A DNA stretch of 64,000 nt from Rhizodiscina lignyota. Taxonomy: Eukaryota. The DNA lies in the NCBI GenBank assembly GCA_010015805.1, contig ML978127.1, forward strand, positions 310,001-374,000, in the 5' to 3' direction. This document shows positions 1 through 12,725 of the stretch, piece by piece (the stretch's first letter is position 1; each line of letters opens with the position of its first letter). A program made the translations under genes and the position numbers. The notes below the pieces were generated by a model that saw only the letters and a list, made by a program, of their open reading frames with translations, ran no database searches and had not been told where the DNA came from.

Positions 1-437
1 GCTCACCGGTGTTTGAGCCGTGGGAGACTGGAGCAATCAGAGCGGAATGCAGAGCTGCGGAGAGGGATAGACTCGTCTCTACTCGGAATGCGCCAGCAAT
101 TAACCGTGACCAAACATCCCACGCTGCGGCCGTCCGCGAAACCGCGCAACAGAATGTCAATCGAATTAGACGAAATGCATATCTCCACGAGCATATGCCC
201 CAGGCGGAGCGCGTCGAAGTTCGGCATCAGAAGGAGACCGCTGAACAGAGGATCATTGCAACTGCGAATCACTTCGCGACGTTGGCAGAGGCGGAGCAAC
301 GAAGACTCAGGAGTGCAGTGGCTTGCATGATCAATCGCATTGGGACGTTGGTAGCCCGAGGAGGACGATTAACCAGGCATCAGTTCGATTCAGAACTGGC
401 GAGGATCCTCGCTTCAGTTGGAGAGTTGAGGATGTAG
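1..437 (+). CDS. 3' part of RING-H2 finger protein paralog (truncated by window start)
   Basis: Frame reads SPVFEPWETGAIRAECRAA...GGRLTRHQFDSEL, matching CRAEMFEEWEKAAIMRERRAA...GGPLTREEFDHEL of the ORF at 1065-2021; the RING itself would lie upstream of the window. Confidence 0.7.
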   Translation, partial: SPVFEPWETGAIRAECRAAERDRLVSTRNAPAINRDQTSHAAAVRETAQQNVNRIRRNAYLHEHMPQAERVEVRHQKETAEQRIIATANHFATLAEAEQRRLRSAVACMINRIGTLVARGGRLTRHQFDSELARILASVGELRM

Positions 438-1064
438 ACGTCCTTCATTGTATCCTTATCTCCTGAGAGCATTTTCTATGTCGCAATTTTCTACTAGAGG
501 TAAGTAATTGAGGATACAGTTCTTTCGCCTTTTTAACTGCGGATTTCACGTGAGTCATATGCGCTCTGTGTTTAAGAGTTTTCTCCCGTCACTGCACAGG
601 CTTGGCACAACGTATTCGTCTTACTTCAGTCCTTCATCCAACACTCACACACTCCACCTCACAACCTCATCAAAATATCAAGAAATACGCCTCCACGACC
701 AATCCATCATTGCTTGTTTTGCACTACTATGACTACTGGGCGTTCTTGCCTAACGGAACGCCCGTGTCCAATACTGCGTTCCAGAAGTATGAAATCAATA
801 GCGGTGTTTTCTTATGCCAACCCACCGTTAAAGCTCATCTACCCATCTCACCTTTGGAATTCTTTCTGCCTACTCCATCCTTGATGTTTTCTTCAGTCTA
901 CTCTCACTTTGAAAATTCTAGGTCTATGAAACTTGTTCGGTGTTCACCTACTGTCAAGATCACTTCACATGTAATCCAACGCCGAAACACAATCAAGGAT
1001 CAAATCACACGAGGATCAAAAAGAAATCGCGAATCGATACACAATCATCACCCCGGACAGCAAA

Positions 1065-2021
1065 ATGGACGGACAACGTCGCTACACAGACTCTTCTCAC
1101 CGCAACGCCGACCAACACCGACCTTTCCTGATTCTCGGAAACGCCCTTGATCGCCCTTGTTTCCCGAGAGCAAATCTCAACGCCGCCTTTACTCCTGTGT
1201 TCCACCCGTGGCAGGAAAATGCTTGCGTGATTTGTCTGGAGAACTACAACGAAGGCGACGAGGTGATGACGCCGCCCTGTGGACATTATCAGCACACGGA
1301 CTGCTTGTGTGAATGGATCTGTAACGGAAGTACCGACATGGCGTGCCCGGAATGCCGAGCAGAGATGTTTGAAGAGTGGGAGAAGGCTGCTATTATGAGG
1401 GAGCGCCGGGCAGCAGGAGTGCCCGAGACAACATATGATGCCGCCGATGTGGAGTTTGGACCGTTTGATGACATGGAGGTGGACTCCACGGCGGACGGTT
1501 CCATGGAGGACGGTTCCATGGAGGACGGTTCCACTGAGGACGGTTCCTCCGACCATAATCTTTGGGAGGATGATGAGTTCTGGGAGGATTGGCATCAGAT
1601 GATTGAGGATGCCCCTTTGGATCCTGGCTTCGAAGAGGGTTATAGCCATGACATTGAACAGGACGAGTCTTTTGATGCTGCCGACTTTATCTCGACGGCG
1701 GCGAACGGTGAGATTGAGGATATCGCATCGCGCAGCGATACGCATCTGACATCCACGGAGTGGGCTGAGCGGTCCAGTATCATCTGCAATCGAATCAGCG
1801 AGGCGCGAGACGAGTACGTGTCACTGACTCGGCATGAACAGTGCGCGTTGCTGCTCCGTGTCGAACGAATCATCAGAAACCTTGCTGAGTTGGTGCTAAG
1901 GGAGAAAGGGGGACCGTTGACGAGGGAGGAGTTCGATCACGAACTGGAGGCGAGACCGTGGACTGTGGGACACGTAAGGGTGGGGTGGACCATGAACGTG
2001 GAGTTTGCGGAGTATGTTTGA
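1065..2021 (+). CDS. RING-H2 zinc finger protein (putative E3 ubiquitin ligase) with acidic linker
   Basis: CVIC-x14-CGHYQHTDC-x13-CPEC = C3H2C3 spacing; D/E-rich middle; single ORF of 318 aa. Confidence 0.85.
   Translation: MDGQRRYTDSSHRNADQHRPFLILGNALDRPCFPRANLNAAFTPVFHPWQENACVICLENYNEGDEVMTPPCGHYQHTDCLCEWICNGSTDMACPECRAEMFEEWEKAAIMRERRAAGVPETTYDAADVEFGPFDDMEVDSTADGSMEDGSMEDGSTEDGSSDHNLWEDDEFWEDWHQMIEDAPLDPGFEEGYSHDIEQDESFDAADFISTAANGEIEDIASRSDTHLTSTEWAERSSIICNRISEARDEYVSLTRHEQCALLLRVERIIRNLAELVLREKGGPLTREEFDHELEARPWTVGHVRVGWTMNVEFAEYV
1493..1547 (+). repeat. 15-bp coding minisatellite, ~4 units (DGSME/DGSTE)
   Basis: GGACGGTTCC recurs at 1493, 1508, 1523, 1538. Confidence 0.9.
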
Positions 2022-2112
2022 GGACTGTCATGAGGACCGTCATGTTACCATTGTTTTCCTTTCTCTTCTCATTGAATACCGATGCGTGCAGCAGAGATGT
2101 TCATGTTACTCC

Positions 2113-3670
2113 CTAATCATTGTAATCAACCATCCCCTCTCTATTAAAATGGAATCCAGTAATGATTTTCTCCTCTGCATCGCGCATATCAATATTCTTG
2201 ACCTTCCCATCTAAGGATGTCCGACTTTCGAGCACCCCTTGCACGACGTCTTTCCAGCTCAGTGAAGTTCCTGGCTTAACCACTTCTTGCTGTTCTTCGA
2301 AAGCATCAGCAACGATTATATCCAACATCTTTCCCCCTTCTTTCCGAATGACTCCATCCACAATGACACTCCCAATATCCCGAACGCTCGAGTGCAGCAC
2401 GATGGCAGCAACAGGATCTTCTTCGGCCGCTGCAAGCATCGCGGGGCTTGTGCCATCGAAGATGAGGATGTCTGCCTTCATGCCGGCCTTCAGCTTACCG
2501 ATCTGATCAGGTATGCCAACCGCTTTCGCGCCTCCGATCGTCCCCAGATTGAACACCTGCTCAACGCTCGGCCCAACACTCCTCCCCCACTTGCCTTCCT
2601 TATCCAACTCCTTGCCGCGATCACATCGCTTCCATTGCAGCAGCTGATTCATCTGCGTCACGATACTCGCAGAGCCCCAGCTGTGACAATCAATCCCCAG
2701 CGAAGCATGGTCGTAGAACTCCGCTTCAAGCGCAACAGGTGGCCACCCCATCTGCAGCTCCGTGTTCGTGGTAGTCGAAACGCTCGCACCGGACTTCGCG
2801 AGCTTCTCGGCGTCCCCTTCTTTCGGGAAATCAGCGTGCGAGAGCACGTAATCCGGCCCAAGCACGCCGTGCTTATCCAATGCCTGGATCGCTGAGGGCG
2901 CATAGCCACGCATAGCACCGCCTACGGCGTGCGACGTGATCAGCTTTGCGGGCGCGGCGCGGACTGTTTCGTGCAGGGAGATCAAGGCTTCCGGCGGTAA
3001 GAAACCACCATCGTGGGCAAAGCCGATTTCGACGCGACCGTTGCCGTATGGGCCTTGTGCCGCAAGAGTTTTGAAATTTTCCATCATCCATGAGCATTGA
3101 AAGTCGTCCCCGAATGTGAAGGGTGACCAGTTGGAGACCGTGCGGGGAGGGCAATAACAGTAGATGCAGCGGAGGCCGGAGGTTATGAGAGCTTGGACTG
3201 CAGTTCTGGCTGTTGGTGGATCAGCATTTGTTCGTCATATATCGATAGAGGCTCTTACAATAGTCTGGAGAATTATTGACACATGTGTGGTCCACGACTG
3301 TCGTTGTTCCAGCGTCAATCGCTTCCAAAGCGCCGCTGAGCTCGCCCCAGAATGTGTCCTCCAAAGTGTACAGCGACGCTATGAAGCTTCCTGGAGCTAA
3401 ATATGGGACAAGCGTGTGGTTTGCATGCCTTCCCTTGAGCTGCGTTTGGAACAGATGATGATGAGTGCTGATGAAACCTGGACTGCCGATTTTTCCAGTG
3501 CAATCGATGACTTTCGCACCAGAAGGCGGCTGAATATCTTTTCCAATCTTTGCGATAGTAGAGCCTTCAATCAGAAGATCGTCGTGAGTCGGGATTACAT
3601 GGTTATCATCGTCATGAATCAAGAGAGTTCCGCCTCGAAGCAGAATTGCTGGTTGAGTTTGACTTGCCAT
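2113..3670 (-). CDS. Metal-dependent amidohydrolase (MTA/SAH-deaminase / Atz-Trz-like), 1 intron
   Basis: N-terminal LLIEGSTIAKIG and PGFISTHHHL (HxH metal motif), SLGID, GKLKAGMKADILI; GT..AG intron about 3210-3260 joins the two ORFs. Confidence 0.88.
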
Positions 3671-3872
3671 GATGAGGGATGAAGAGAAGGCAAAGGTTGC
3701 CATTCGCAATGAAAGAGCAGCAGCAGATACTTATACCAGTTATGATGTTCTAGTAGAGGTAGGTCTTACCTTCGGACTTATCTATTATTGCCCCTGCCTT
3801 CGCTGCTCGCGGACCACGGGGATCGCAAAGGATGGAGACTGATGCCATGTATCGTATGCTCCAGGTTCTGTA

Positions 3873-4109
3873 CAGGCGCACTCGAGTATGCAGTCCTCCC
3901 GTCGTCAGGAAAAAAGGCTGGAGCTATTACTTTTAGAACTTCTGCCTCCAATCAGGTTTTGCTGATCAAACAAGAATGGCTCGTGCCCAAATCGGACCAA
4001 ATCCACCTACACGTGACTATATATTACTGATCTGTGGTCAAAGTTACGACTTGGTCAGAATTATATTTGCCGAAGGAAGGGGAGGGACGCGCATACTCGA
4101 GTGCGCCTG
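3873..4109. mobile_element. Putative MITE (Tc1/mariner-type), 237 bp, TA-flanked
   Basis: Perfect 19-bp terminal inverted repeat CAGGCGCACTCGAGTATGC (3873-3891 / 4091-4109), imperfect extension inward, TA on both flanks (3871-72, 4110-11), no coding capacity. Confidence 0.7.
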
Positions 4110-4615
4110 TAAAACTTGCAAAGTGATCGTCGCGAGACGATGATGGTTCGTGGCCACTCAAAGACTTGGATCTCTCCCAAGCCAAGGACGACGTAGCTTT
4201 GCCAATGTCTGCAATGTCGAAGTCGTCCTTCAGAACAACAGACTGACATAAGACATGGGACATTGCGACGCCGAGGACGCGACAAATGCCGACTCAGTTG
4301 AGAGGTGCCTTGCATTCACCACGCTCCCTCGCTTCTTCGGCACCCCGTTTGTGGATTTATCGCCGACATCCAAGAGTTTCGGAAAGCCGTTCCCACTGCA
4401 GATATCAGTCAAAGAAAGATATTGTTTGACATATACAGATTTTTGGATCTTATTTTCACCCTCGTACTACAGTACAAGGGAGCTAGTACTGATACTGGCA
4501 GGTTTAACATATGTACAAATGAATTGCCAATTGTTGTCCCAGCTCACAGGGGTATATTGCTCGAAATGTTCAGCGGATGTATCGCTCCAGCCACCAACAG
4601 CCAAAGAAGATCAAA

Positions 4616-6594
4616 TCAGGCCGGGTTTGATCTCATTGTGCGGAAGTATATTGCCACCCGCTCGAAAGATGAGCGCCTCTCAAAGTCATCCTCACCACCG
4701 TCTTTGACAAATTTTGGCCACGTATTTGTCAATACCAAATACTTGATGCTCCTCTCCGGTCTGTTAAACACGTCCGGGTCAAATTTACTGGGGATATCGC
4801 CCCAGTACTGAACCTTTTCGCTAATTTCATTAATCGGGGTATCGTCCGGATGTGAAGGGTGCGACTTTTCCGGAGGGAACACTGTGGATGTCGGCGACAG
4901 TACCATTTCGATTTCAGAGCCAGACGAACCAAGTGGGTTGTCAAAGGGAGTGATGGAGCTATAGTTGATGGTGCCCCTGTCGCCGTAGAGAATACGAGCA
5001 GGCTGTTCGAAGACCTCATCGAGAGCGCCGAGCTCGCGGTAGCCGATGTTAATCGCGAAATCGGCGTATATTGGACTGACGAACTTCGCGTAGATATGGA
5101 TGGCACGATTGAATTGCTGGCGATACAAGGCCTCATTGAATTGGCCATCGCCGTTTCCTTGGGCGGGCCAAGCTGACTTCCATGTGGCGAGCTCTGTCAG
5201 GAAGCCAATGTTCTCTCCAGTGAAGTCCTTCAGCGCAGCAAATGCTCGAAGTGGTTCGGGGTTGATCTTCAAAGCATATTCCAAGGCACCCATGGTAAAG
5301 ATACTTTCGGGCTGAGACATGTCGATCGGAGCCCTTCCCGATTCGAACGCCGATAGTCCTTTGAAAGATTCCCAGGCCGACTTGGCCATTTTTGTTGAAC
5401 CGGTGTAGTCGCTCTCGCTTATGGACCCCGTTTTGTTCTTCGATTCCCACAGAGCGATCGCTGCCAGAGTCTCTTGCTGTAGCGTTTGGTGGCGCATGAC
5501 CTGCCAACAAGGCAAGAGGACGGTGAAAATCTCTATAACCATAATGGAGAGTGCGATCCTGGGTAAACAGTTAATATGTGCATGATGTTAGACTGATGGA
5601 AAAGGCTCACCACTGAGGGGGAATCCAGTATTGATTTACTGGAGCCATTCCATCGACGTAAAGGCCAATAAGCCACATAGGAGCAGCGGGTAAACTGTGT
5701 TGTCCATTAGCAACAACTAACGAGAACTCCCTGGCGCAACTTACCCTGCAATACAACAAGCAATGGTTTGTACTCGCCAACCGTGAGTATCATGGATACT
5801 GCGAGCGCGCCAGAGGATGATAGGTGCGATAATCCAAGCCCAGAACAACTGCCAGAATATCGTCGGCCACCTGACTCATGTAAGTATATGCGATAGAGGA
5901 TAGTAGAAGCAAATTGCGCACCATTCCCACCCTCTACCCTGTTGCACCTTCTGCTCCATGATCGTGCCATGCACTTCGGTTCCAGGAATGCCAAAGCTCC
6001 GGTGGAATTTCCGAGAGATCAGGTAAACAAAAACGGTAAGGAAGAGCTATTACGGTGTCAGTATACCAACGACCATTTCCGCCACATGGGAAAGCTTACT
6101 TGGAACAGCATTCCTAAACCGACATATGTGAACATCCGCGTGGGATAATCCGCGACCTGAAACCATCTAATGATCCTCCACCTCGAGAGATTTCGCTTTG
6201 GAGTGATTGGCTCGTCGATGCTGCCGTTGCGGGCATATCTCTTCTGCATCTTCGCAACGTGCAAGAGCTGACTGTTGGAGGCCTGGAACATAGCAATACC
6301 GAATGGAAGCCAAAGACCCATAATCCAGTATTCGGCCACCTCCGGTGCGAGCGGCCCATAGCAGTATCCAGTAGTAACGGTCATCCAGTACATATGCAAG
6401 AAGAAGATTGCCCCAAATGTTAAGGGCAATCCACGGATCCTCAAGAATGGTAGACGGCGCTTGACGAAGAGATATGCCACTGCGCACACGAGGATGAGTG
6501 TCCAGGCGCCATTCAAAGTAAGGTAGAAGATGCCCACTGCATCGAGACGAGCCTGAGGCTTCGTCGTCACCGTATTTCCGAGTTCAGAGCCCAT
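4616..6594 (-). CDS. gprK: Multi-TM receptor-like protein with C-terminal RGS domain (GprK/Rgs7-type), several introns
   Basis: Hydrophobic N-terminal exons (MGSELG...[20 protein letters not shown]) followed by RGS-like [15 protein letters not shown]...IYAKFVS...AINI...[15 protein letters not shown]. Confidence 0.85.
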
Positions 6595-8504
6595 TTTGCG
6601 TGGAGCGGATATCGATCTGGTGCCTGGAAGCACGCATTGGAGTTGACACGAAGGTGGACTTCCTGTCTTTCCTCCTCAGCTGTCTAAGGAGGAGAAGAAG
6701 GTTGGCTAGTCAAGTGGTGCACGCGAACGGCATAGTAATATTATAGAGCAGGGCGTAGGGCTAAGTGAAGAGTCTTTGGAAAAGAGGAGAGGCGCATGCC
6801 CAGGCGGAGGAACTACCCAATTACGATAATCTTGAGCTCTTTCTGGCGTCTGACTTGCATAAGGTCCTGCAAGGGGATTGACGGGTATCAGGCCCGAAAG
6901 ACGGTCCCACACGGCCCTAAGATCTGTTCCTGGGGAAGCAACGTGATTGCTGCGTGCCAGGCCACGCTATCCAAAGGATGCTGATCATCATAGACACTCG
7001 GGCCGTCGAGGAGACCATCGATGACGAATCGATCCGCAGAACCATCTGTGCTCTCGCTGTGCACAATGTCTCTCAGCCTTGAGAGATTGTGCTCTGGATC
7101 TCTGGACAAGAGAGCCACAAGCGGAAGGTGGTCAATTGGAGAGTGTTTTGAAACAACGTAGCCGTGGTAATAACGCCACAAACGTGGTTGACTTTGGAAT
7201 ACTTCTAATCACCGTCAAACGCAGGAAAGATCAGTTGTTGAAACTTGCCCAGTCCGCTAGTCAGGTTGGTGCTTTCGGGTGAGATGGGACCGGAGAGTTG
7301 GGACCGCTCGACGGCAGGGGTTTGCGTGTTATCGATGATGGGTTCTCACGGCGTTCTCACGGGCTTTCGATGAGTTTCTTCGACATAGCCCTACGGAGCA
7401 GGAAGTCACGGCGGCCGCAAATGGATCGTCGGCTTTGATATGTCAAACTTGAAACATGTCCTCCCTGCTAAGCCCAAATCGCACTTTTGGCTGATTTCCC
7501 ATGCTGAGTTGGCTGCTTGCTTTTTCGCTCGATCGATACCAAGTGCGATACTGATGTCAGCATTTGCTTCAAGCGTCGTCATTCGCTCCGCTAGTGAGCG
7601 CCACACTGGAGGCCCGCGTCCGCTCCAACCACTCTTCAGATGTACGGGGTTTGAGGCTTTGCACCTAAGCCCGAAGGAGGCAAGACTCCTGCAAATCAAT
7701 CAAATCAGCGCAGAATTTTGACGTGGCACTGAGGTTCAACGAAAAGCACGCGAAAACGACCAAGGAAACAGTGACACAAACGTCCCGGATCACTGGTGCT
7801 TGGCGAATATAAGCAAGACGCAGGTCCAGGTCTCAGGTCTGTGCAGATTATCGCACGTGGATGTTGCAACATGCACGCGCTAGCCGTGTCGAAACAGGTC
7901 CTTAGGGCTTCGACGCTGTACCTACAGTAGCAAGTAAATTGCCTTGAGGCACCGAAAGTTCTGCATACACCCTTGAGGGTTACGGAGAAAAATGTGCCTT
8001 GGCCTTGACAGGGATACGAGATGTATCTCACGTCGATACGATATCCTCAAAGAGTCAAAGCTGTCCACTGGCCCGCAGATCGACATCGATGGCGCGATAG
8101 ATGGCGGTATTGCCAACAAAGTTTAGAGAAATATGGAGCAGTTCTTTGCATTCTGTGGGGCACAACCACAGCACGTACGCACCGATCTCGACGTCAATTC
8201 TCTCGGCTTGCCGATCGCGTGTGGCATGCCGAGAGACACCAGTCCCAGCGATATTCAAGTTGGAAGGCCTCATGAATGTGCAGGTGCAGGCACGCTAGGA
8301 GTGCGTTCCGTCAGCCCTAAATTCGGTGCAGGGGGAAGCGACAGACAAGCCGTCTGTTTTGTATGCAGCTCTCTCGACGCCTCACAGCACAACGAGCGAT
8401 TCATTGAAGCCTGTCACAATTTCGCACGTTACACAGCATCTTTTTGATCTCACTAGGTGGTCATACAAGGGCTTCCCGCCTAAGCCGCCTTAGGTCCTTC
8501 CTCC

Positions 8505-9687
8505 CTAACTCCTTAGTGTTTGCGCCTTGAGATTGTGGTCTATTGCCTTCTCCTCGTGCCATGCTTCCTTAATCGGCGATCCTCTGCCGTCAAAATCTAA
8601 GTCTCTTAGCTCTGTGAAGCTTCCTGCCGGCGCACCCGCTATGACCGGGGCGCTGAAGCCATCAGACCGCCGACTGTTGGAGTTGCTCTTCAAGAATGTC
8701 CGCCAACCGAACATCTTCCTGAGGAGTGGCCACAGGCACATGATGTTGGCAACATATATGCTCGTGCTCGTTTCTCGTATGTCCCACACCATGTAGACAG
8801 TCGTATTTGGCAGTGTAAAGTTGTAATACTTGTTCAGCACCGATGCAAGTATGACGAATACTCCAAGGGAGAAAATACCGAGGAGTAGAGCCCTCTTCGG
8901 AGGTGGAACCTTAGCTTTAACGATGAACGGGATCGGTATGAACAGCATGAGTACATCGGAGCTGACGTTGAAGACCATCTGTATGATGCAGTAGTAGAAG
9001 TAGCTGGCACATTGCGGGTTGCGGACTGGCATCGCCCAATACTGGGAGAACGGCCGACAGAGTATGAAGAAATAAGGAATCTCGATAGCGACGAGCCCGA
9101 GGACGACGTAAACGATCACAAGCTTGACGAAGAGGTTGTGTCGCGAGTTCAGCGTCAATTGATAACTAGTCGAACAGTCAACTGTATGGTAAACTCGAAT
9201 CATGGTACATTGTACTCACTACAGTGTCAACAAACACCCCTTCACTCCCCATAGCGTAAGGAGGTAGCACTGATTCGACCCGACAACAATCTTGCTTCCA
9301 TAGACGCGATCTGCCACCTCCTTGGGGTCGGCGAGGATGGTTGGAAGCTCCGATGGATCCACTTCATTCGTTGCATAACGGCTGGAGAATTGGAGGAGAA
9401 CAAGCAACGTCGTGTAAAAGCACTGCAAGTGTCATGTTAGATTCCAGACAACATATAGTGGGAAGACTGCTGACAAAGGTAGCAATCATCATGTAGTCAT
9501 CTGCTCGGAGCTTCTTCCATGATTTGTGCAGGATCGCTCGAGACTCCCTGGTAACAGTTACTCGATGAATATTCCCAAAGGAGAAGTCTATGAATGCTCA
9601 CAGGCGCCCAACGAGCAGGACCAACCCCACGGCCCAAAAAGCGATCGACTCTCTGAGTATCTGGCTCGGTGGTGGAGACGTCGACAT
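8505..9687 (-). CDS. PTH11-like (rhodopsin-domain) integral membrane protein, multiple introns
   Basis: Spliced start MSTSPPPSQ...GRL|ESR...ADDYMM; CRPFSQYW, FNVSSDVLMLFIPIP, FSLGVFVILAS, ETSTSIYVANI motifs typical of the family. Confidence 0.85.
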
Positions 9688-10666
9688 TTCGACTAAACGT
9701 ACCGGCCTCGTGGAGACACTGCATGAATACCGAACAGGCTACGACAAGCAAGAGGAAAGCAGAACATCTCAATCAATGGTGATATATGCTCCAACACATA
9801 TCATCCTCCCTGTCATCGCCTGGAAAAGCAGTGTAGATAAGATACGATAGGGAGAGAATCGAGAGCAAAATGTGAAGTGAAGCGATTGACTGATTTGGGA
9901 AGCAACTCACACGACACTCCGTCTGTATCTTTGGCTTAGGCGAACTCCGTGCGTGGAGGTGAAGCAGTCACTGCTTCGACACCGTGGGGGGTAGATGGCG
10001 CAAGCCCATTAGACGAAGCTTTGATAATGAGCAACCCATTATGACCTCACAGGAGCAATTTGTGCCTGAATGTAACTCCCTTCGTTGCTTGTTGAATGAG
10101 ACCACTTTTAAAGAATGGGAATTGTTTGACAAGGCAGCATTCGCAACATTTCGTATTCGTGCCAAATCGTTCAGAAGGAGAAGGAGCTCTAGTATGAGAG
10201 TTCGGGAGGTGTCTGGCTATTCCAAGTGCCTAAGCTGATGCGTTTTGGATACTGAAAATACGACTTACACGGAGATCAATGATCACTCAGGAAGGAAGTA
10301 GAAAAAGCAAAATCAACCTCGTTCCCCACACAATCAACCCAAGGTTTGAGGAGGGCGCCGAGAGGTGCCGGAGATCTACCGAATTAGGGGCACCCCACCC
10401 ATATTTAGGTGGGTCCTACCCACACTTTGGTTAGGTCGTCCCCCGCGACGCTGTGGCTCCCGCCGTTCACCTCTGCATTCCAAAGGAAATTTGCAATGAG
10501 CTATTTCCATGCAAGCATAAGAGCACGTTCCAGGAACTACAGATAGTGGCCACGGATCAGCTACAAGCTGAAAGACGCGGTGGGTTAATTCATTTATTTG
10601 TTACTCTAAAATCAGCACTCAGCAGAAATTCTATTGAATAACGCTCGTGAGACTCTGTTGCATTTT

Positions 10667-11227
10667 CTAACGATTGTGAACAGTCGTCATTTCATTGGTC
10701 TCCATTATATCCATCCTTATTGAAGGAATTGAAGTTGATTTTTGTCTGAGAAGTCGATAGAGTTCCCAAGGCCATCTTCTGTGGATCTCTACCATAAGAC
10801 ACCTTGATGGGTCGAATTTCAAACAGCTTTTAAACGTTTTATATTTTAGTTGAAACATACCTTTAACAAATTCAAGACCGCTGATTGCGCAGAGAATAAA
10901 TAATGCGACGGGATATAGTTGTTTCATATCAGAATTCCCTCAGGCGGCTACTCGCCCATTTCCGCCCTGCAAATAATTGAAGACACAAGGTCGGTGATCA
11001 TGAGTGGTGGAAGACCATGTGGATTTACTCATGGGGTCTTTAAGATTTATGAAAATTACGTGAATGAGATGCAAATACCAATCATGGAAGAGTAGAAACA
11101 TTGATATCTGTGGCGAAGTAATTGCAGACTTGAAATCTTCATGGGGGGTTTTGATAGAGTTTGCGGAGCTCGCCGACCCCCGATCAGAAAAGGGGTAAAT
11201 TTCCAACCCAGAGAATGCATCCTCCAT
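10667..11227 (-). pseudogene. Possible decayed ORF of unknown function in AT-rich segment
   Basis: ORFs 10940-11227 and 10667-10927 share one frame and are separated by a single TGA; no recognisable motif. Confidence 0.3.
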
Positions 11228-11603
11228 ATCATTTTGTACATTCTTGCTCTTGTGAATATAGATGAGCGTTTAACTAATTCACCTCATTCCATTTTCTATC
11301 TCATACTATCGAGTGGAGAGTAGACTTAGCATATCCTTTTATTCCTCCATCATGCAGCATGCTTTCCTAATTTCAATTGGCTAAGATGAACGATTCGCCT
11401 GTTTGAAAACAGAAATGGCAACGGAGTCACCCAGGTAGTAGAAGGGCTCATTTCGTCTATTTTTAGTGTCTATATACACTACAAAACTGTAGACTTTACG
11501 GTCAGTATCACGAATTTGTCCTACTCTACAAACTGACCGTCCTCTCTTCGTACCTTTACATTATATCTGTATTACTGCTGCTGGCTTTTTAATCAATAGA
11601 TGC

Positions 11604-12725
11604 TTACATAACGTACGATAGCGTTCGACTCCGTTGAGAGTGCAAGATGTCCCTACCACGGTTCCGGATAATTACCCACGTGGAGTCTTGGAACCACTTC
11701 GATATATAACCTTGTTGGATTGGCTCTTTCCTCCACGACTTTAGGAACTCTTTATTAGCTGGCACATGGGAAGGAACTACGGCAAAAAGCCCAAAATAGC
11801 AAATATTGCTCGTTCCTGTCCCGCAGATGCCCATGTCTCTCCCGTACGTCGTTCAAATCGATGTATTGTGGCGCAAAGCTCAGTGCATGTGCCTCGAAGG
11901 CGAACCCGAGGTCCTGATACGTGTCTCCATTGGCGTAATATGGTTCGACGTACTGATGATCCACCTGTCCCGAGCGCAACATAAAAAGGGCATGCACGAG
12001 TTCATGGGCGATGGTAACAGCAAAGAGGAATTGTACACGTTGCTCGTGCTCAGGGCTTATCTCGACTTCTCCGTTAAGAATTAGACGACGCTGGCGAATC
12101 ACTTTCCTGGAGAAGTCCAAGAACGCTATGTGCATCTTGATAGACACGAGTCTGTTTGTCGTGACCGGGAAATGTGGGGGGTAAACTGGCCCTGGAGTCG
12201 GAGCGACATACGATCTTGTCACGCCGAAGACCCGTTTGTCCAAATTTGCGTCGAAACCAAACTTGACGAAAGGCTGCATATCATCGATCATGTTCCTTGC
12301 TCGCACCACATTTCGCCCGCTGCTTCGAGTCGCAAATGGCGGTTGGAAATGTCCTGTGGCTGGAGGCAGTGGGTCGTTCGTAAGAGGGACCCACCACTTG
12401 ACCATTTCCTCCTCCGTGAGAAATCGAGTTACAAGCCTAAAAGCAGGCTGATAAAAGCGCCAATCTTCTTCCGTGATGACCTCACCAAGCCGAGCAGGCT
12501 TTACATTCTTGGCACGTTGTTTCAAGGGCAATAGGGTTGGTTTGCCCAGTCGAATATAGGGTGTATTGGATTCGAGAGATTGGAGGGGACATACCCAGTA
12601 TTTATGAGGCTCCCTTTCGTTTCCAATTCTTTCTCAGTCCATAACCAATCTGGCCACGGCACCGTTAAGCCCGGCAGGGCATACGCTCGCATTTGTCGTG
12701 TGGATTCCAGTACATATGGTGGCAT
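11604..12725 (-). pseudogene. HExxH (zincin-like) protein paralog with two frameshifts
   Basis: Three ORF pieces each align to 13498-14733: NLSNPIHPIF; YQPAFRLVTRF...AVTIAHELVHA...EPYY...DLGFAFE; CYFGL...YISKWFQDSTW. No workable intron found at either junction (about 12525 and 11830). Confidence 0.7.

Noticed and set aside
1005..1745. 246-aa antisense ORF with GTVLH repeats
   Set aside because: Reverse-strand reading of the RING gene and its minisatellite
3788..4263. Short ORFs both containing TGALEYA, resembling GALEYA in the RGS protein
   Set aside because: Translation of the two TIR arms; nucleotide match to the RGS gene is poor
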